Shown here: positions 37,721 to 47,568 of the stretch, piece after piece | Position numbering within the stretch: the stretch's first letter is position 1 | Layout of the letters: every line of letters starts with the position of its first letter | The notes under the pieces: model-generated | What the model was told of the DNA's origin: nothing | What the model saw: the letters and a program-made list of their open reading frames with translations, nothing else | Databases searched by the model: none | Source: an uncultured Methanoregulaceae archaeon | Lineage (GTDB): Archaea; Halobacteriota; Methanomicrobia; Methanomicrobiales; Methanospirillaceae | Direction: 5' to 3' | DNA length: 64,000 nucleotides | Assembly: GCA_963705255.1 (NCBI GenBank) | Contig: OY970061.1 | Span: forward strand, 1,088,001 to 1,152,000 | Program-made: the position numbers and the translations under genes

Positions 37721-38422
37721 ATGGATCTCGATTTCCTGACCTGGAACTCCCTGATGTATGGCATCGGCGAGATGACCCTCATCATCGTACTCGGAGCTCT
37801 GGCTGCAGCGTTCGTGCTCGTGGTCATCTCGATCTACTCCATCCGGAAAGGAAGGCTCTACTTCCCCCGGCTGATCAGGTCGGGGCTTGTCTTCCTCGAA
37901 GGCCTGATGAAGGCGTTCTTCCGGCTCCTCGGGCTTGAGGACCGCGAGATGCTCACCTTCTTAATCAAACTCCACAACACGATGAACTCCTCAGAGTTCG
38001 AGCGCGTCCCGGTCTCGGAGCGGGCGATTTTCATGCCGCAGTGCCTCCGTTCGTCCCGCTGCCCTGCCCACCTCACGCCGGAAGGGCTCAAGTGCCAGGG
38101 CTGCGGGCAGTGCGAGGTCAGCGATGCCCGGGTCCTTCTCGAAAAGATGGGTTACCGGATCTTCCTCGTCCCCGGGTCATCCTTCATCAAGCGGATGGTG
38201 AAGAAGTACCGCCCCAGGGCCATTCTCGGCATCGGGTGCCTTGCCGAGGTGAAGGAGGGCATCGACATGGCCGACAAGATGGGGCTCGTGGTCATGGGGG
38301 TGGTGACGCTGAGAGAGGGATGCGTGGAAACGGTTGCCAACTGGGCGGATATCTACGACGTGGCAGTCCTCGGGATCGACCCCGCCTCAATTCCCGAGGA
38401 CCTTCATATTCTTGCCGGTTAA
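37721..38422 (+). CDS. DUF116 family protein
   Basis: N-terminal TM helix, PQCLR...CPA, C..CGQC, PGSSF, GIGC..E, GCVET. Confidence 0.85.
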   Translation: MDLDFLTWNSLMYGIGEMTLIIVLGALAAAFVLVVISIYSIRKGRLYFPRLIRSGLVFLEGLMKAFFRLLGLEDREMLTFLIKLHNTMNSSEFERVPVSERAIFMPQCLRSSRCPAHLTPEGLKCQGCGQCEVSDARVLLEKMGYRIFLVPGSSFIKRMVKKYRPRAILGIGCLAEVKEGIDMADKMGLVVMGVVTLREGCVETVANWADIYDVAVLGIDPASIPEDLHILAG

Positions 38423-38799
38423 TTTCCCGCTCTTTATCCTGCCGTGGACGAAGATCGTCTCCGCGCTCATCACATCGCCAACGGTCACGCCCGGGCGGAG
38501 GATGACCTTCCCGCCTGCCTGGATGGAATGGACGACCGCGTGGTCCAGGACGGTGACATCCCCGTGGGCGACCAGCGGGCCCTTGACCCTGCACTGGCTG
38601 CCGATGATGGCGCTCCAGCAGGCAATATCGAGGGCTACGCTCGAGCGGGTGCGAGCTCGAGGTTGCCGCTCACGCTCAGCCTCCCCCAGAAATGCGTGTG
38701 GGCGGGGACGATGAAGTCCCCGTCGATCCTGACATTCCCCTCAAAGTAAGAACCTTTTTGTGCAAAATAGGTGTTTCCCTTCTGGAGTATGGTAGGCAT
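38387..38799 (-). CDS. Bactofilin-like (polymer-forming cytoskeletal) beta-helix protein; -1 frameshift at ~38648; missed by the ORF track
   Basis: MPTILQKGNTYFAQKGSYFEGNVRIDGDFIVPAHTHFWGRLSVSGNLELAP | RSSVALDI...RVKGPLVAHGDVTV...GDVMSAETIFVHGRIKSGKLTGKNMKVLGN*. Confidence 0.7.
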
Positions 38800-38854
38800 T
38801 GCACTCTCAGGGTAACTGTGGTACGATCAGGGGATAAACCTGTTGCTCGGTTTT

Positions 38855-39706
38855 TTAAATCGTCCCCCGGAGGAACACCGCTGAGAGGGTGAAGATGATC
38901 AGCGACGCGAACATCCCCGCCTTCAGGAACGCGGAAGCGCCCGAGGCCTTCACGCAAGCCGGGGTATCGCAGTTAAAGGACAGGTACACTGATCCGATAA
39001 CGATTATATCGACGACGAGTATCCCGGCAAGGTACCAGACCCCCCACCAGAAGGAGGGCACGACACTGGCAGCAACGGCAAGCAGGGCAAATACCAGCGC
39101 AATCCGTGCGGTCTTCCGGACACCGATCCTGATCGGGAGCGTGGATGCCCCGCCCGCAGCGTCGCCTTCCACGTCCTCCGCATCCTTGAGGAGTTCGCGG
39201 GAGGTCATGGCAAGGAATGTCATGATGGCGATGGGCATCATGTGGACGAGCCCGGGAAGCCCGGCCAGTGCTCCCCCGAAGAGGAACATACTGGCGGACA
39301 GGTAGGCGACGGTGAGGTTCCCGGCCAGCGGGGTGCTCTTGAGACGGGCAGCGTACCCGACAAGCAGGAGCGAGTTGAAGACCGCGATCCCAATACAAAG
39401 GGGTGTCGAGAAGAAGCTGACTGCGATGCCGGTAAAGAACAGGACGACGGAAAACCTGAGGGCGGCTCCCCGGGTCACGGTGCCGGAGGGGATGGGCCGG
39501 TCCTGCCGGTTGACCGCATCGATATCCGCATCATAATAGTCGTTGATCACGTTACCGGCAGCCGTGATCAGGGCGACGATGGCAAAGAGGAGGAGTACTG
39601 CAGGGACGACCGTGCCTGTCGCGATGAGGTAAGCGACGATTGCAGCAAGACCCGCAACCAGCGAGTTCGCCGGGCGGCAGATCCGGAAAAATCCTGCAAG
39701 GCTCAT
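38855..39706 (-). CDS. Digeranylgeranylglyceryl phosphate synthase (UbiA family)
   Basis: RPAN, NDYYDADIDAVNRQDRPIPSG, RELLKDAEDVEGD; multiple TM helices. Confidence 0.93.
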   Translation of the reverse strand: MSLAGFFRICRPANSLVAGLAAIVAYLIATGTVVPAVLLLFAIVALITAAGNVINDYYDADIDAVNRQDRPIPSGTVTRGAALRFSVVLFFTGIAVSFFSTPLCIGIAVFNSLLLVGYAARLKSTPLAGNLTVAYLSASMFLFGGALAGLPGLVHMMPIAIMTFLAMTSRELLKDAEDVEGDAAGGASTLPIRIGVRKTARIALVFALLAVAASVVPSFWWGVWYLAGILVVDIIVIGSVYLSFNCDTPACVKASGASAFLKAGMFASLIIFTLSAVFLRGTI

Positions 39707-39771
39707 TGGGTACGGATCTGACCGGATAGGTATTAAACTGCGCGAAGATCCGGTACCGAAAAAACAGACGA

Positions 39772-39846
39772 CGGGCGAGGGGGGATTTGAACCCCCGGCA
39801 TTCAGCTTAGGAGGCTGACGCTATGTCCGGGCTAAGCCACTCGCCC
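39772..39846 (-). tRNA. tRNA-Arg(CCT)
   Basis: Acceptor GGGCGAG/CTCGCCC, anticodon arm TCAGC-CTCCTAA-GCTGA, T-loop GTTCAAAT. Confidence 0.95.
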
Positions 39847-39907
39847 TGCCCATATCCATTGCGGGGGAATATGTATAAGTTTTGCGCGGTGGAACATCTC
39901 TGGCACC

Positions 39908-41026
39908 ATGGATCTCGTGGAGGTGACGGAGGGGAAGACAACGTTTCTCGTCCCGGTACAGGACGACACGTCCCGGTTCCCTCCCGGTTCGGCCCCGATC
40001 TTTTTCAACCGCCGGATGGAGCTGAACCGCGACGCAACGATACTCCTCCTCCCGTTGCTGGAACCCTCAGACTACCTCGACGCGATGGGGGCTACCGGAG
40101 TCCGGGGCCTGCGGGTGGCACGCGAGTGCGGAATCCCCGTCACGATCAGCGAGCGGGACCCGTCCGCCATCGACCTGATCACCCGCAATGCCACCCGGGC
40201 AGGCCTGCCCGTTACGGTCATCCACCGGGACGCAAACGCCCTGCTCTCGGAGCAGTCGTTCGATGCGGTGGACCTCGACCCGTTTGGCACGCCGGCACCC
40301 TTCATCGACGCCGGGATACGGGGCACCCGCAGGTTCCTCTTCGTCACGGCAACGGATACTGCACCGTTGTGCGGGGCCCACCTGAAAGCAGGTATCCGCA
40401 GGTACGATGCCCTCCCGATGAACACCGAGTACCACAGCGAAGTCGGGCTCCGCGTCCTGCTCGGGTTTGTCGTCCGGGAAACCGCACGCTATGACCGGGG
40501 CGTAGAGCCGCTCTTCTGCTATGCCAAGGAGCATTTTTTCCGGCTCCATCTCCGCCTCCTCCGGGGGACGAAAGCGGCGGATGCAGGCGTACAGAACCTC
40601 GGGTTTGTCCACCAGTGCCGGAAGTGCCCGTACCGCGAGGAGGAGAGATCCATGTTCCCCTCATCCCTGACCTGCCCGCATTGCGGGGCGAGTCTCCAGC
40701 CGATCGGCCCCCTCTGGCTCGGCAGTCTCCGGAACAAGGAAATCGTTGAAGCGATGATCGCGAGGCTCGGAGGCATGGAGCTCGGGTCCGGAAAGGAACT
40801 GGCAAAACTGCTCGAACTCTGCCGGGACGAACTGCCGGCTTCCAGCCACTATGACTACCACGTGCTGGCAAAACTGCTGGGCTGCTCTCCCCCGGATATC
40901 ATGACGGTCCTCGAGCGGATCCGGACGGAAGGCTATCCGGCAACCCGCACGCATTTCTCCGGCTACGGGATAAAGACCGAAGCCCCGCTTTCAATAATCT
41001 ATGACGCTCTCCGCACACGTCAGTGA
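39908..41026 (+). CDS. trm1: tRNA (guanine26-N2)-dimethyltransferase
   Basis: FFNRRMELNRD, ATGVRGLR, DLDPFGTP, TATDTAPLCG, zinc finger, GPLWLG. Confidence 0.95.
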   Translation: MDLVEVTEGKTTFLVPVQDDTSRFPPGSAPIFFNRRMELNRDATILLLPLLEPSDYLDAMGATGVRGLRVARECGIPVTISERDPSAIDLITRNATRAGLPVTVIHRDANALLSEQSFDAVDLDPFGTPAPFIDAGIRGTRRFLFVTATDTAPLCGAHLKAGIRRYDALPMNTEYHSEVGLRVLLGFVVRETARYDRGVEPLFCYAKEHFFRLHLRLLRGTKAADAGVQNLGFVHQCRKCPYREEERSMFPSSLTCPHCGASLQPIGPLWLGSLRNKEIVEAMIARLGGMELGSGKELAKLLELCRDELPASSHYDYHVLAKLLGCSPPDIMTVLERIRTEGYPATRTHFSGYGIKTEAPLSIIYDALRTRQ

Positions 41027-41112
41027 TTTCCTGCCAGCCCGTCCGGTGGACATCGGAGGAGAAAATAGTTTGCCTGCCGGTTTTTAAAAAGGAATAAAAA
41101 TCGCAACGAGAC

Positions 41113-42225
41113 TTAATGCTCGACGATGATCGAGAGCAGGTCGCCGTCAATCAGCTTATGGGTCAACCCGACCCGCTGCCCCGGGTGTTTGACCGACTTG
41201 CCCCAGATCCGGGCGTACCGGAACTTCTGGACGAACTCCCGGTGGAGCTTATTACAGACATCTTCGACCGTGCTCTTTCTCCTGATGATCAGTGGTTCGT
41301 CGAGGTCGGCCTCTTCGCCGACGGGTTTGAGGTAGACCCGCATGAACCCGAGGCAGTCGTAGATGGCATCCTTGAGTTCCTCGGTGTGATAGCCGGCAGC
41401 GGCAGAGATCATGAGCGGCGGGCTGCCGAACCGTCCGGCGATGTCGTGCTCGATCTCCAGGTAACGCTCCTTGTCCACGAGGTCGACTTTGTTGACCGCG
41501 ATAAAAGCCGGCACATAAACGCGGTTTCCCTGAATTGCATCGATGAGGTCGTCCTGCGTGGCATTCCCCCGGATAAGGATCTCGGCGTTCATCATCTTGC
41601 TCTCGGCAAGGATGGAGCGCACTTCCTCGATCCCAAGGTCCAGCGTGCCGACCGCGTTGAGGCGGATACCCCCGTGTGAGGACTTCTTGATGGTGATATC
41701 CGGCTTCGGGACGTTGATCCTGATACCGGCGTCGTGCAGTTCTTTGATGAGGACGTCGAAGTGCCGTTCATTGAAGACGTCGACGAGGATGATGATGATG
41801 TCGGCACCACGGACGACTGCGATGACCTCCTTTCCCCGCCCCTTCCCCATCGCTGCGCCGGCGATGAGCCCGGGAATATCGAGGATCTGGATCTTTGCCC
41901 CCTTGTGTTCGAGCGCACCGGGCACGACCGTGAGGGTGGTAAACGCGTATGCGGCCACGGCGCTCGCTGTGCCGGTAAGCTTGTTGAGGAGGGTACTTTT
42001 ACCCGTTGACGGGAAACCCACGAGGACTGCGGTTGCGTCGCCGGACTTCTTGACCTGGTAGCCTTCGCCGCCCCCTCCGGCTTTCATCGCGCGGTTGACC
42101 GCTTCGTCACGGAGCCGTGCGATCTTTGCCTTTATCCGCCCGATATGTTTGGAAGTAGCCTTGTTATACGGGGTCTTGGTCAGCTCGTCCTCGAGCTCTT
42201 TTATCTGTTCCTCAAGACTACTCAT
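41113..42225 (-). CDS. DRG/OBG-family GTPase with TGS domain
   Basis: TPYNKAT, GFPSTGKST, YAFTTL, DIPG, NKVD, WGKSVKHPGQRVG. Confidence 0.95.
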   Translation of the reverse strand: MSSLEEQIKELEDELTKTPYNKATSKHIGRIKAKIARLRDEAVNRAMKAGGGGEGYQVKKSGDATAVLVGFPSTGKSTLLNKLTGTASAVAAYAFTTLTVVPGALEHKGAKIQILDIPGLIAGAAMGKGRGKEVIAVVRGADIIIILVDVFNERHFDVLIKELHDAGIRINVPKPDITIKKSSHGGIRLNAVGTLDLGIEEVRSILAESKMMNAEILIRGNATQDDLIDAIQGNRVYVPAFIAVNKVDLVDKERYLEIEHDIAGRFGSPPLMISAAAGYHTEELKDAIYDCLGFMRVYLKPVGEEADLDEPLIIRRKSTVEDVCNKLHREFVQKFRYARIWGKSVKHPGQRVGLTHKLIDGDLLSIIVEH

Positions 42226-42424
42226 TCCTATATTAATCGCCGCATGTCCGAGATATAGTTGTTTGTACCGACCGGCCGTGTCCTGCCGCATGGGTGCAGG
42301 GCCGGATAAAAAACTATACGTAGACCTGGCACAGAATTTTCCGGACAATTTACCTGTGCGTACGGGCGGAACGAGCCGGGATCACCGGGCAGACTGCCGG
42401 GGAACGGGAGGGGAGGACGGGGAC

Positions 42425-42997
42425 TTGCAGGACTACCTGGTGGCTGAAGGGATCATCTGGGCAGCCTTCTGGCTGTACTGGCTGGTCGTCGCATTCCTGA
42501 CCCGATCCGAAGTCGAGCGCCGGCAGCCGGTCTTCTCCCGGTTCTTCTTTCTCATGCTCGCGGTCATCATCCTCGGGACGATCATTTCCGGACAGTTCTG
42601 GGACAGGTTCCTGCTCGGGCAGTTTACTGACGGGAACCCCGTTGCAGTGGGGGCCGGCATCGCCATCACCCTTCTCGGCCTCGGGTTTGCAGTCTGGGCA
42701 CGGGTGCACCTCGGAAAGAACTGGAGCGGGAGTGTCACGATCAAAGTGGACCACCGGCTGGTCCGGACCGGGCCGTACCGTTATGTGAGGAACCCGATCT
42801 ATACCGGGATCCTTGCCGGTTTCGCCGGGACGGCACTCGTCATAGGCAGGGGCTGGGCCGTCTACGGCCTTCTCATCCTGCTTGCCGGGTTCCTTATAAA
42901 GATACAGGAAGAAGAGAAGGTGCTGCTGGAGAAGTTCGGTGAGGAGTATCTCCGGTATAAGAGGGAGGTGAAGGCGCTCATCCCGTTTGTGGTTTGA
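42425..42997 (+). CDS. Isoprenylcysteine carboxylmethyltransferase family membrane protein
   Basis: WARVHLGKNWS, HRLVRTGPYRYVRNPIYTG, EE..L...FGEEY..Y; start uncertain (TTG). Confidence 0.88.
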   Translation: MQDYLVAEGIIWAAFWLYWLVVAFLTRSEVERRQPVFSRFFFLMLAVIILGTIISGQFWDRFLLGQFTDGNPVAVGAGIAITLLGLGFAVWARVHLGKNWSGSVTIKVDHRLVRTGPYRYVRNPIYTGILAGFAGTALVIGRGWAVYGLLILLAGFLIKIQEEEKVLLEKFGEEYLRYKREVKALIPFVV

Positions 42998-43038
42998 GCA
43001 CCGGCCCCCTGACGTGTCCCTGTAAAAAACTATCATTC

Positions 43039-43077
43039 GAAGATCCACCTTCGGTGGATCTTCTCTTAATTTTTTCC
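43039..43077 (+). terminator. Perfect 11-bp hairpin followed by a T-rich tract
   Basis: gaagatccacc-ttc-ggtggatcttc followed by tcttaatttttt, just downstream of the ICMT-family gene. Confidence 0.45.
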
Positions 43078-43166
43078 GTGAAGTCCCCCTCGCCAGTCCT
43101 GAAGGACTGCCGGTGTGCCACGTAAAAAACTATAAGTAACCACATCGCCCATTTTAGTGAGCAACT

Positions 43167-43241
43167 GCTGCTATAGTGTAGTCCGGCCAATCATGCGAGC
43201 CTCTCACGCTCGCGACTGGGGTTCGAATCCCCATAGCAGCA
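43167..43241 (+). tRNA. tRNA-Glu(CTC)
   Basis: Acceptor GCTGCTA/TAGCAGC, anticodon arm CGAGC-CTCTCAC-GCTCG, T-loop GTTCGAAT; BRE/TATA-like aaaaactataag ~30 bp upstream. Confidence 0.95.
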
Positions 43242-43679
43242 CTTTCACGCCGATGATCCTGTTCTCCGAATGTTTAAAACCGTGGAACCGATCGGAAAGA
43301 TGGGATTACCTGATAGGGGAATATCCTGTTGAAAAAAGGTACCATTGTTGCCCCTCATGAGTGGTTTGTGATCAGGGGGTACCACTGGGGAAATTGTCGC
43401 CGTTCATGGTTCCTCCCGAACAACCGGTCATGTTCCCTCGCGGGCTACCGTCATGTTTTCTTTTAGAGAGCCGGTCATATTTCCTCTTGGACCACCTTTC
43501 GTGGTTACAGCGGACAGAACCGATAAGAAAAAGGACCGGCTCACCCGGCCCGGTTACAGGACTGGCCGGATCCCCAGCCCGCCATAACCGTGCACTGACA
43601 GAGTATCAGCCTGTATCCGGGAACTCATCGCTGAATATATAGGCAGGGGTGCCAGACTATCCGTAGCAGGAGAGGTGTT

Positions 43680-45296
43680 ATGAAGAGAGACGTTATCCTG
43701 GTTATCCTGACCCTTGTGCTCTGCCTGGTATGCCTGGCCGCCGTGGCAGGAGATACCCGCGTGACGGACAGCAATCCGGCAAACACCGGGGTTACCAGTC
43801 CGGCGGGGCAGATCATCGCCGGAGCCGGCATCCCGGTCATCAGGGCACAGGTGGCAGGGGAGACGACCACAGAACCGACCATGGAGCCGGTTACGTACCC
43901 GACCGAAGAACCAACGCTCATGCCTACCGAGGAACCGGTCACCTACCCGACCGGGGAGCCGACGCTGATGCCTACGGAGGAAGAGACGACGTCGCCGATG
44001 CCCGGCCCGCTCGGGCCCGTTGCCGATTTCACGGCTTCACCTACGTCGGGTTCCGGGCCGCTCACGGTCCGGTTCACGGACACCTCGATCAACACCCCCA
44101 CCATGTGGTACTGGGACTTCGGTGACGGCTCAACCGACTCATCGACAGGGACCCCCTCGCATACCTATGCGGATCCGGGCAGTTATACGGTTACGATGAC
44201 CGCGAGTAACATGTACGGCACCGATACCATGACCAAGACCGATTATGTCACGGTGAACGGCCAGGTGATGAATAACGGTGCGATCTATGCGCAGTCCGTC
44301 CCGGCCGGTGCCACGATCTTCGTGAACGGCAACAGTTACGGGAATTCCCCGGTAACCGTCCAGAGCCTCTTCCCTGGTACCTATTCGGTGATGGCGACCC
44401 TGAACGGCTATTACGCCGATCTGCAGACGATCACCGTATCCCCGGGCCGGACCACGGGCTATTACCCGATACTCCGGTCGTCACCCAACCCGCCGTTGAT
44501 CACCGGGGCGATCTCCGCCCAGTCCACACCTGCCGGTGCGGCCATTTACCTGAACGGCGTCAATTACGGGAACACCCCGCTCACCATCCGGAACCTGATC
44601 CCAAGTACCTATTCTATCATGGCGATGCTGAACGGGTATACATCCAGCACCCAGCTTATCACCGTCAGCCCGGGTCAGACCGCGAGCTATTACCCGGCAC
44701 TCCAGCCCTCGCCCAATCCGGGAACGACGGGCGCGATCTTTGCACAGTCCGATCCGGCCGGTGCGGCCATTTACCTGAACGGTGCCTATTACGGGGTCTC
44801 CCCTGTCGCCATCCCGAACCTGATACCGGCCACCTACTCGATGAAAGCAACCCTGAACGGCTACCCCGCTGATACCCAGCGGATAACAGTCAGCCCGGGC
44901 CGCACCTCGTTCTATACGCCGGCATTCTATCCGTCGCCGCCACCCATAGGATCCGGACAGGGGATCTTTGCCGTGTATAGCAACGTGGACGGGGCGCAGG
45001 TATACTTCGACACCGTCAAGGAAGGGAGCATCACAAACGGCGTGCTCTTCGTGACCGTCGCAACCACGGGGACGCCGTTCCAGACCTACCGGGTGGAGAG
45101 CTCCGGGTATACCACCCTTACCGGCACCATCACCCGGTGGCCGGCAAGCGGCGAGATCGTAAAGATCCAGGCAATGCTCGTTCCCTCACCGGTACCAACG
45201 ACCCACGCCCCGATTCCGGTCGTGGTGACACCGGCTGCGCTGATCGGCGCCGGTATCATCCTTTTCATCGCGGGAGACCGGCGGAGGACCCGGTAA
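43680..45296 (+). CDS. Surface protein with PKD and PEGA repeats and a C-terminal membrane anchor
   Basis: Signal peptide, EPT repeats, PKD (WYWDFGDG), three S.PAGA.I..NG PEGA units, APIP-TM-RRRTR tail. Confidence 0.9.
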   Translation: MKRDVILVILTLVLCLVCLAAVAGDTRVTDSNPANTGVTSPAGQIIAGAGIPVIRAQVAGETTTEPTMEPVTYPTEEPTLMPTEEPVTYPTGEPTLMPTEEETTSPMPGPLGPVADFTASPTSGSGPLTVRFTDTSINTPTMWYWDFGDGSTDSSTGTPSHTYADPGSYTVTMTASNMYGTDTMTKTDYVTVNGQVMNNGAIYAQSVPAGATIFVNGNSYGNSPVTVQSLFPGTYSVMATLNGYYADLQTITVSPGRTTGYYPILRSSPNPPLITGAISAQSTPAGAAIYLNGVNYGNTPLTIRNLIPSTYSIMAMLNGYTSSTQLITVSPGQTASYYPALQPSPNPGTTGAIFAQSDPAGAAIYLNGAYYGVSPVAIPNLIPATYSMKATLNGYPADTQRITVSPGRTSFYTPAFYPSPPPIGSGQGIFAVYSNVDGAQVYFDTVKEGSITNGVLFVTVATTGTPFQTYRVESSGYTTLTGTITRWPASGEIVKIQAMLVPSPVPTTHAPIPVVVTPAALIGAGIILFIAGDRRRTR

Positions 45297-45755
45297 CCCG
45301 TCATCATGTTCTGACAGTTTCCCGACCCGGGTAGATACCGTACAGAATCCTTTTTATCATCGCCGATTGGATCAGGCAGGAACTTTTTAAGTAGTCATTG
45401 TCACTTCCGGCGCTTCTGATGCTATGTTCCGGGATAGTCTCTGCGATGCACAGATTTTGCCAATAGCCGAAAAATATAAAAAATGCAGTTCCTATTGAGT
45501 GGTATAACGCCTCACCTCCACGGGATCTCTATTCGAGGGAATCGAAGAACCGGAAGAGGAATAATTTCATTCAGCTGATCCAGGAATGCAAGAGAGCCGC
45601 AAGAAAAATATCCCGTGTATCAACAGGAAGAACGATGGAAGATTATGGCAAGAGAAGGAGCGCCGGTCTCGTAACCCCGGCTTGTTTCCCGGAGAAGATG
45701 GCCGCAACCGGCAGCGGGGACAGGAAATATTCCATGGACGTTCCGGAGTGCCGCT

Positions 45756-46463
45756 ATGGTTGAAGTCTCCTATCTTGTAGCATTTGCGGCGGGTATCGTA
45801 TCGTTTCTCGCACCGTGTGTCCTGCCGCTGGTGCCGGGGTTTCTCGCTTACCTCGCCGGGACAACGGTCAGGGAAGGGGCCGCGAAGCGGTGGGATATCT
45901 TTGTTGCGAGCCTCCTCTTTGTCGCCGGCTTCTCGCTCGTCTTCTCTCTCCTGGGCGTCCTCCTGAATACGGTGCTGAACTCGGTTGCCTACGGTGTGCA
46001 GCTCTGGCTGTCCCGGGCCGGGGGACTCATTATTATCTTCTTCGGCCTCTACCTGACCGGCCTTATCCGGGTGGGGTGGCTCGAGCAGGAGCATAAGATT
46101 GCTGTCACCGGCATAAAATCAAAGTACCTGACCTCGTTCCTGTTCGGCGTTGCGTTTGCGGCAGGATGGACGCCCTGCGTAGGGGCAGCCCTCGGGGCGA
46201 TCATCGGCCTTGCGGCAACCCAGCCGGCGCTCACGTTCAGCCTCCTCCTCGCGTACTCCCTGGGGCTGGGCCTGCCGTTCATCATCGTGGGGCTCTTTGC
46301 CTCGCGGGCAGCGGCGTGGATAACACGGTACTCCCATATCCTCTATTATGTGAATATCATCTTTGGTGTCCTGCTGATCGTCGTAGGAATCCTGATCTTC
46401 ACGCAGACGCTGGCCCTTGTCGCCAACCTGCCCCTGCTCAACAACTTCCTCCTGGGGGGCTGA
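45756..46463 (+). CDS. ccdA: CcdA/DsbD-type transmembrane electron transporter
   Basis: SFLAPCVLPLVPG and GWTPCVG Cys pair; multiple TM helices. Confidence 0.93.
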   Translation: MVEVSYLVAFAAGIVSFLAPCVLPLVPGFLAYLAGTTVREGAAKRWDIFVASLLFVAGFSLVFSLLGVLLNTVLNSVAYGVQLWLSRAGGLIIIFFGLYLTGLIRVGWLEQEHKIAVTGIKSKYLTSFLFGVAFAAGWTPCVGAALGAIIGLAATQPALTFSLLLAYSLGLGLPFIIVGLFASRAAAWITRYSHILYYVNIIFGVLLIVVGILIFTQTLALVANLPLLNNFLLGG

Positions 46464-46467
46464 TCCT

Positions 46468-47568
46468 ATGGAAAAAAGGACGATTGCACTGGTGGTAGCA
46501 GTGATCCTGATCGCGGGAGCCATCGTATACCTGGAGCAGTTCAGCCCGAACAGATCCTATGTCGGGACACCGGTGGCACCCGGAAACCGGACGGCGATCA
46601 ACGCCGAGAAGGCAAAGCTCTACCCGTACGCAAAAGAGATAGCCGAGCCCTCGGGGTTCGTGAACGTGGACAACATCACGATCGGCAGCCTGATCGGAAA
46701 GGAGGTTATCCTCGTGGATTTCTGGACATACAGCTGCATCAACTGCGAACGCACGATCCCCTACCTGAACATGTGGTATGCGGAATACCATGACCAGGGC
46801 CTTGAGATCATCGGCGTCCATACCCCGGAGTTCCAGTTCGAGCACGATACCGACAATGTCCAGGCGGCAGTCCGGAAGTTCGGTATCAGGTACCCGGTGG
46901 TGCTCGACAACGATTACGCGACCTGGGATTCGTACGGGAACCAGTACTGGCCGGAGGACTACCTGATTGACATCGACGGTTTTATCGTCGACCGTCACAT
47001 CGGCGAGGGCGATTACAACACGACTGAAATGGAGATCCAGAGCCTCTTACGGGAGCGGGCTGACGCGCTCGGGATCCAGGTTACCATCTCCAACACGACG
47101 ACAACTCCTGCGGACGCGGTCAGCGTTGACTTCTCGAAGGTCGGCAGCCCGGAGACATACTTCGGTGCTGCACGGAACCAGTACCTTGGGAACGGAAACC
47201 AGTCAGTGACCGGCATGCAGACGCTGGCTCTGCCGGGTTCGATCCTCCCCAATACGCTCTACCTCGGGGGGACGTGGAACTTTACCGACCAGTATGCCGA
47301 GACTGCCGGGAATGGCACGATCGTCTTCCAGTACAATGCCAAGAACGTCTACTTTGTCGCGAGCGCCGGGAATTCAACGAATGTGAGCGTCATGGTGGAC
47401 GGCAGGCCGGTTGGCGATAGTGCCGGGCCTGACGTCTCCGGTGGCGTCGCCATGGTAAAAGACGAGCAGCTGTACCAGCTCGTGGCGGGGAAGGATTATG
47501 GTGAGCACACGCTGGAACTGGAGATCCCGCAGCCGGGCCTGCGGGCGTATACGTTTACGTTCGGATGA
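46468..47568 (+). CDS. Membrane-anchored thioredoxin-like protein (DipZ C-terminal-like)
   Basis: DFWTYSCINC, GVHTPEF, YWP..YLID, SPETY, LRAYTFTFG end. Confidence 0.88.
   Translation: MEKRTIALVVAVILIAGAIVYLEQFSPNRSYVGTPVAPGNRTAINAEKAKLYPYAKEIAEPSGFVNVDNITIGSLIGKEVILVDFWTYSCINCERTIPYLNMWYAEYHDQGLEIIGVHTPEFQFEHDTDNVQAAVRKFGIRYPVVLDNDYATWDSYGNQYWPEDYLIDIDGFIVDRHIGEGDYNTTEMEIQSLLRERADALGIQVTISNTTTTPADAVSVDFSKVGSPETYFGAARNQYLGNGNQSVTGMQTLALPGSILPNTLYLGGTWNFTDQYAETAGNGTIVFQYNAKNVYFVASAGNSTNVSVMVDGRPVGDSAGPDVSGGVAMVKDEQLYQLVAGKDYGEHTLELEIPQPGLRAYTFTFG

Noticed and set aside
38430-38760. GC-rich apparent gap considered as RNase P RNA or SRP RNA
   Set aside because: No RNase P core motifs were found; the region is explained by a frameshifted minus-strand protein gene.
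43241-43680. Integrated element at tRNA-Glu (or at tRNA-Asp or tRNA-Arg)
   Set aside because: No integrase and no duplicated tRNA 3' end were seen in the window.
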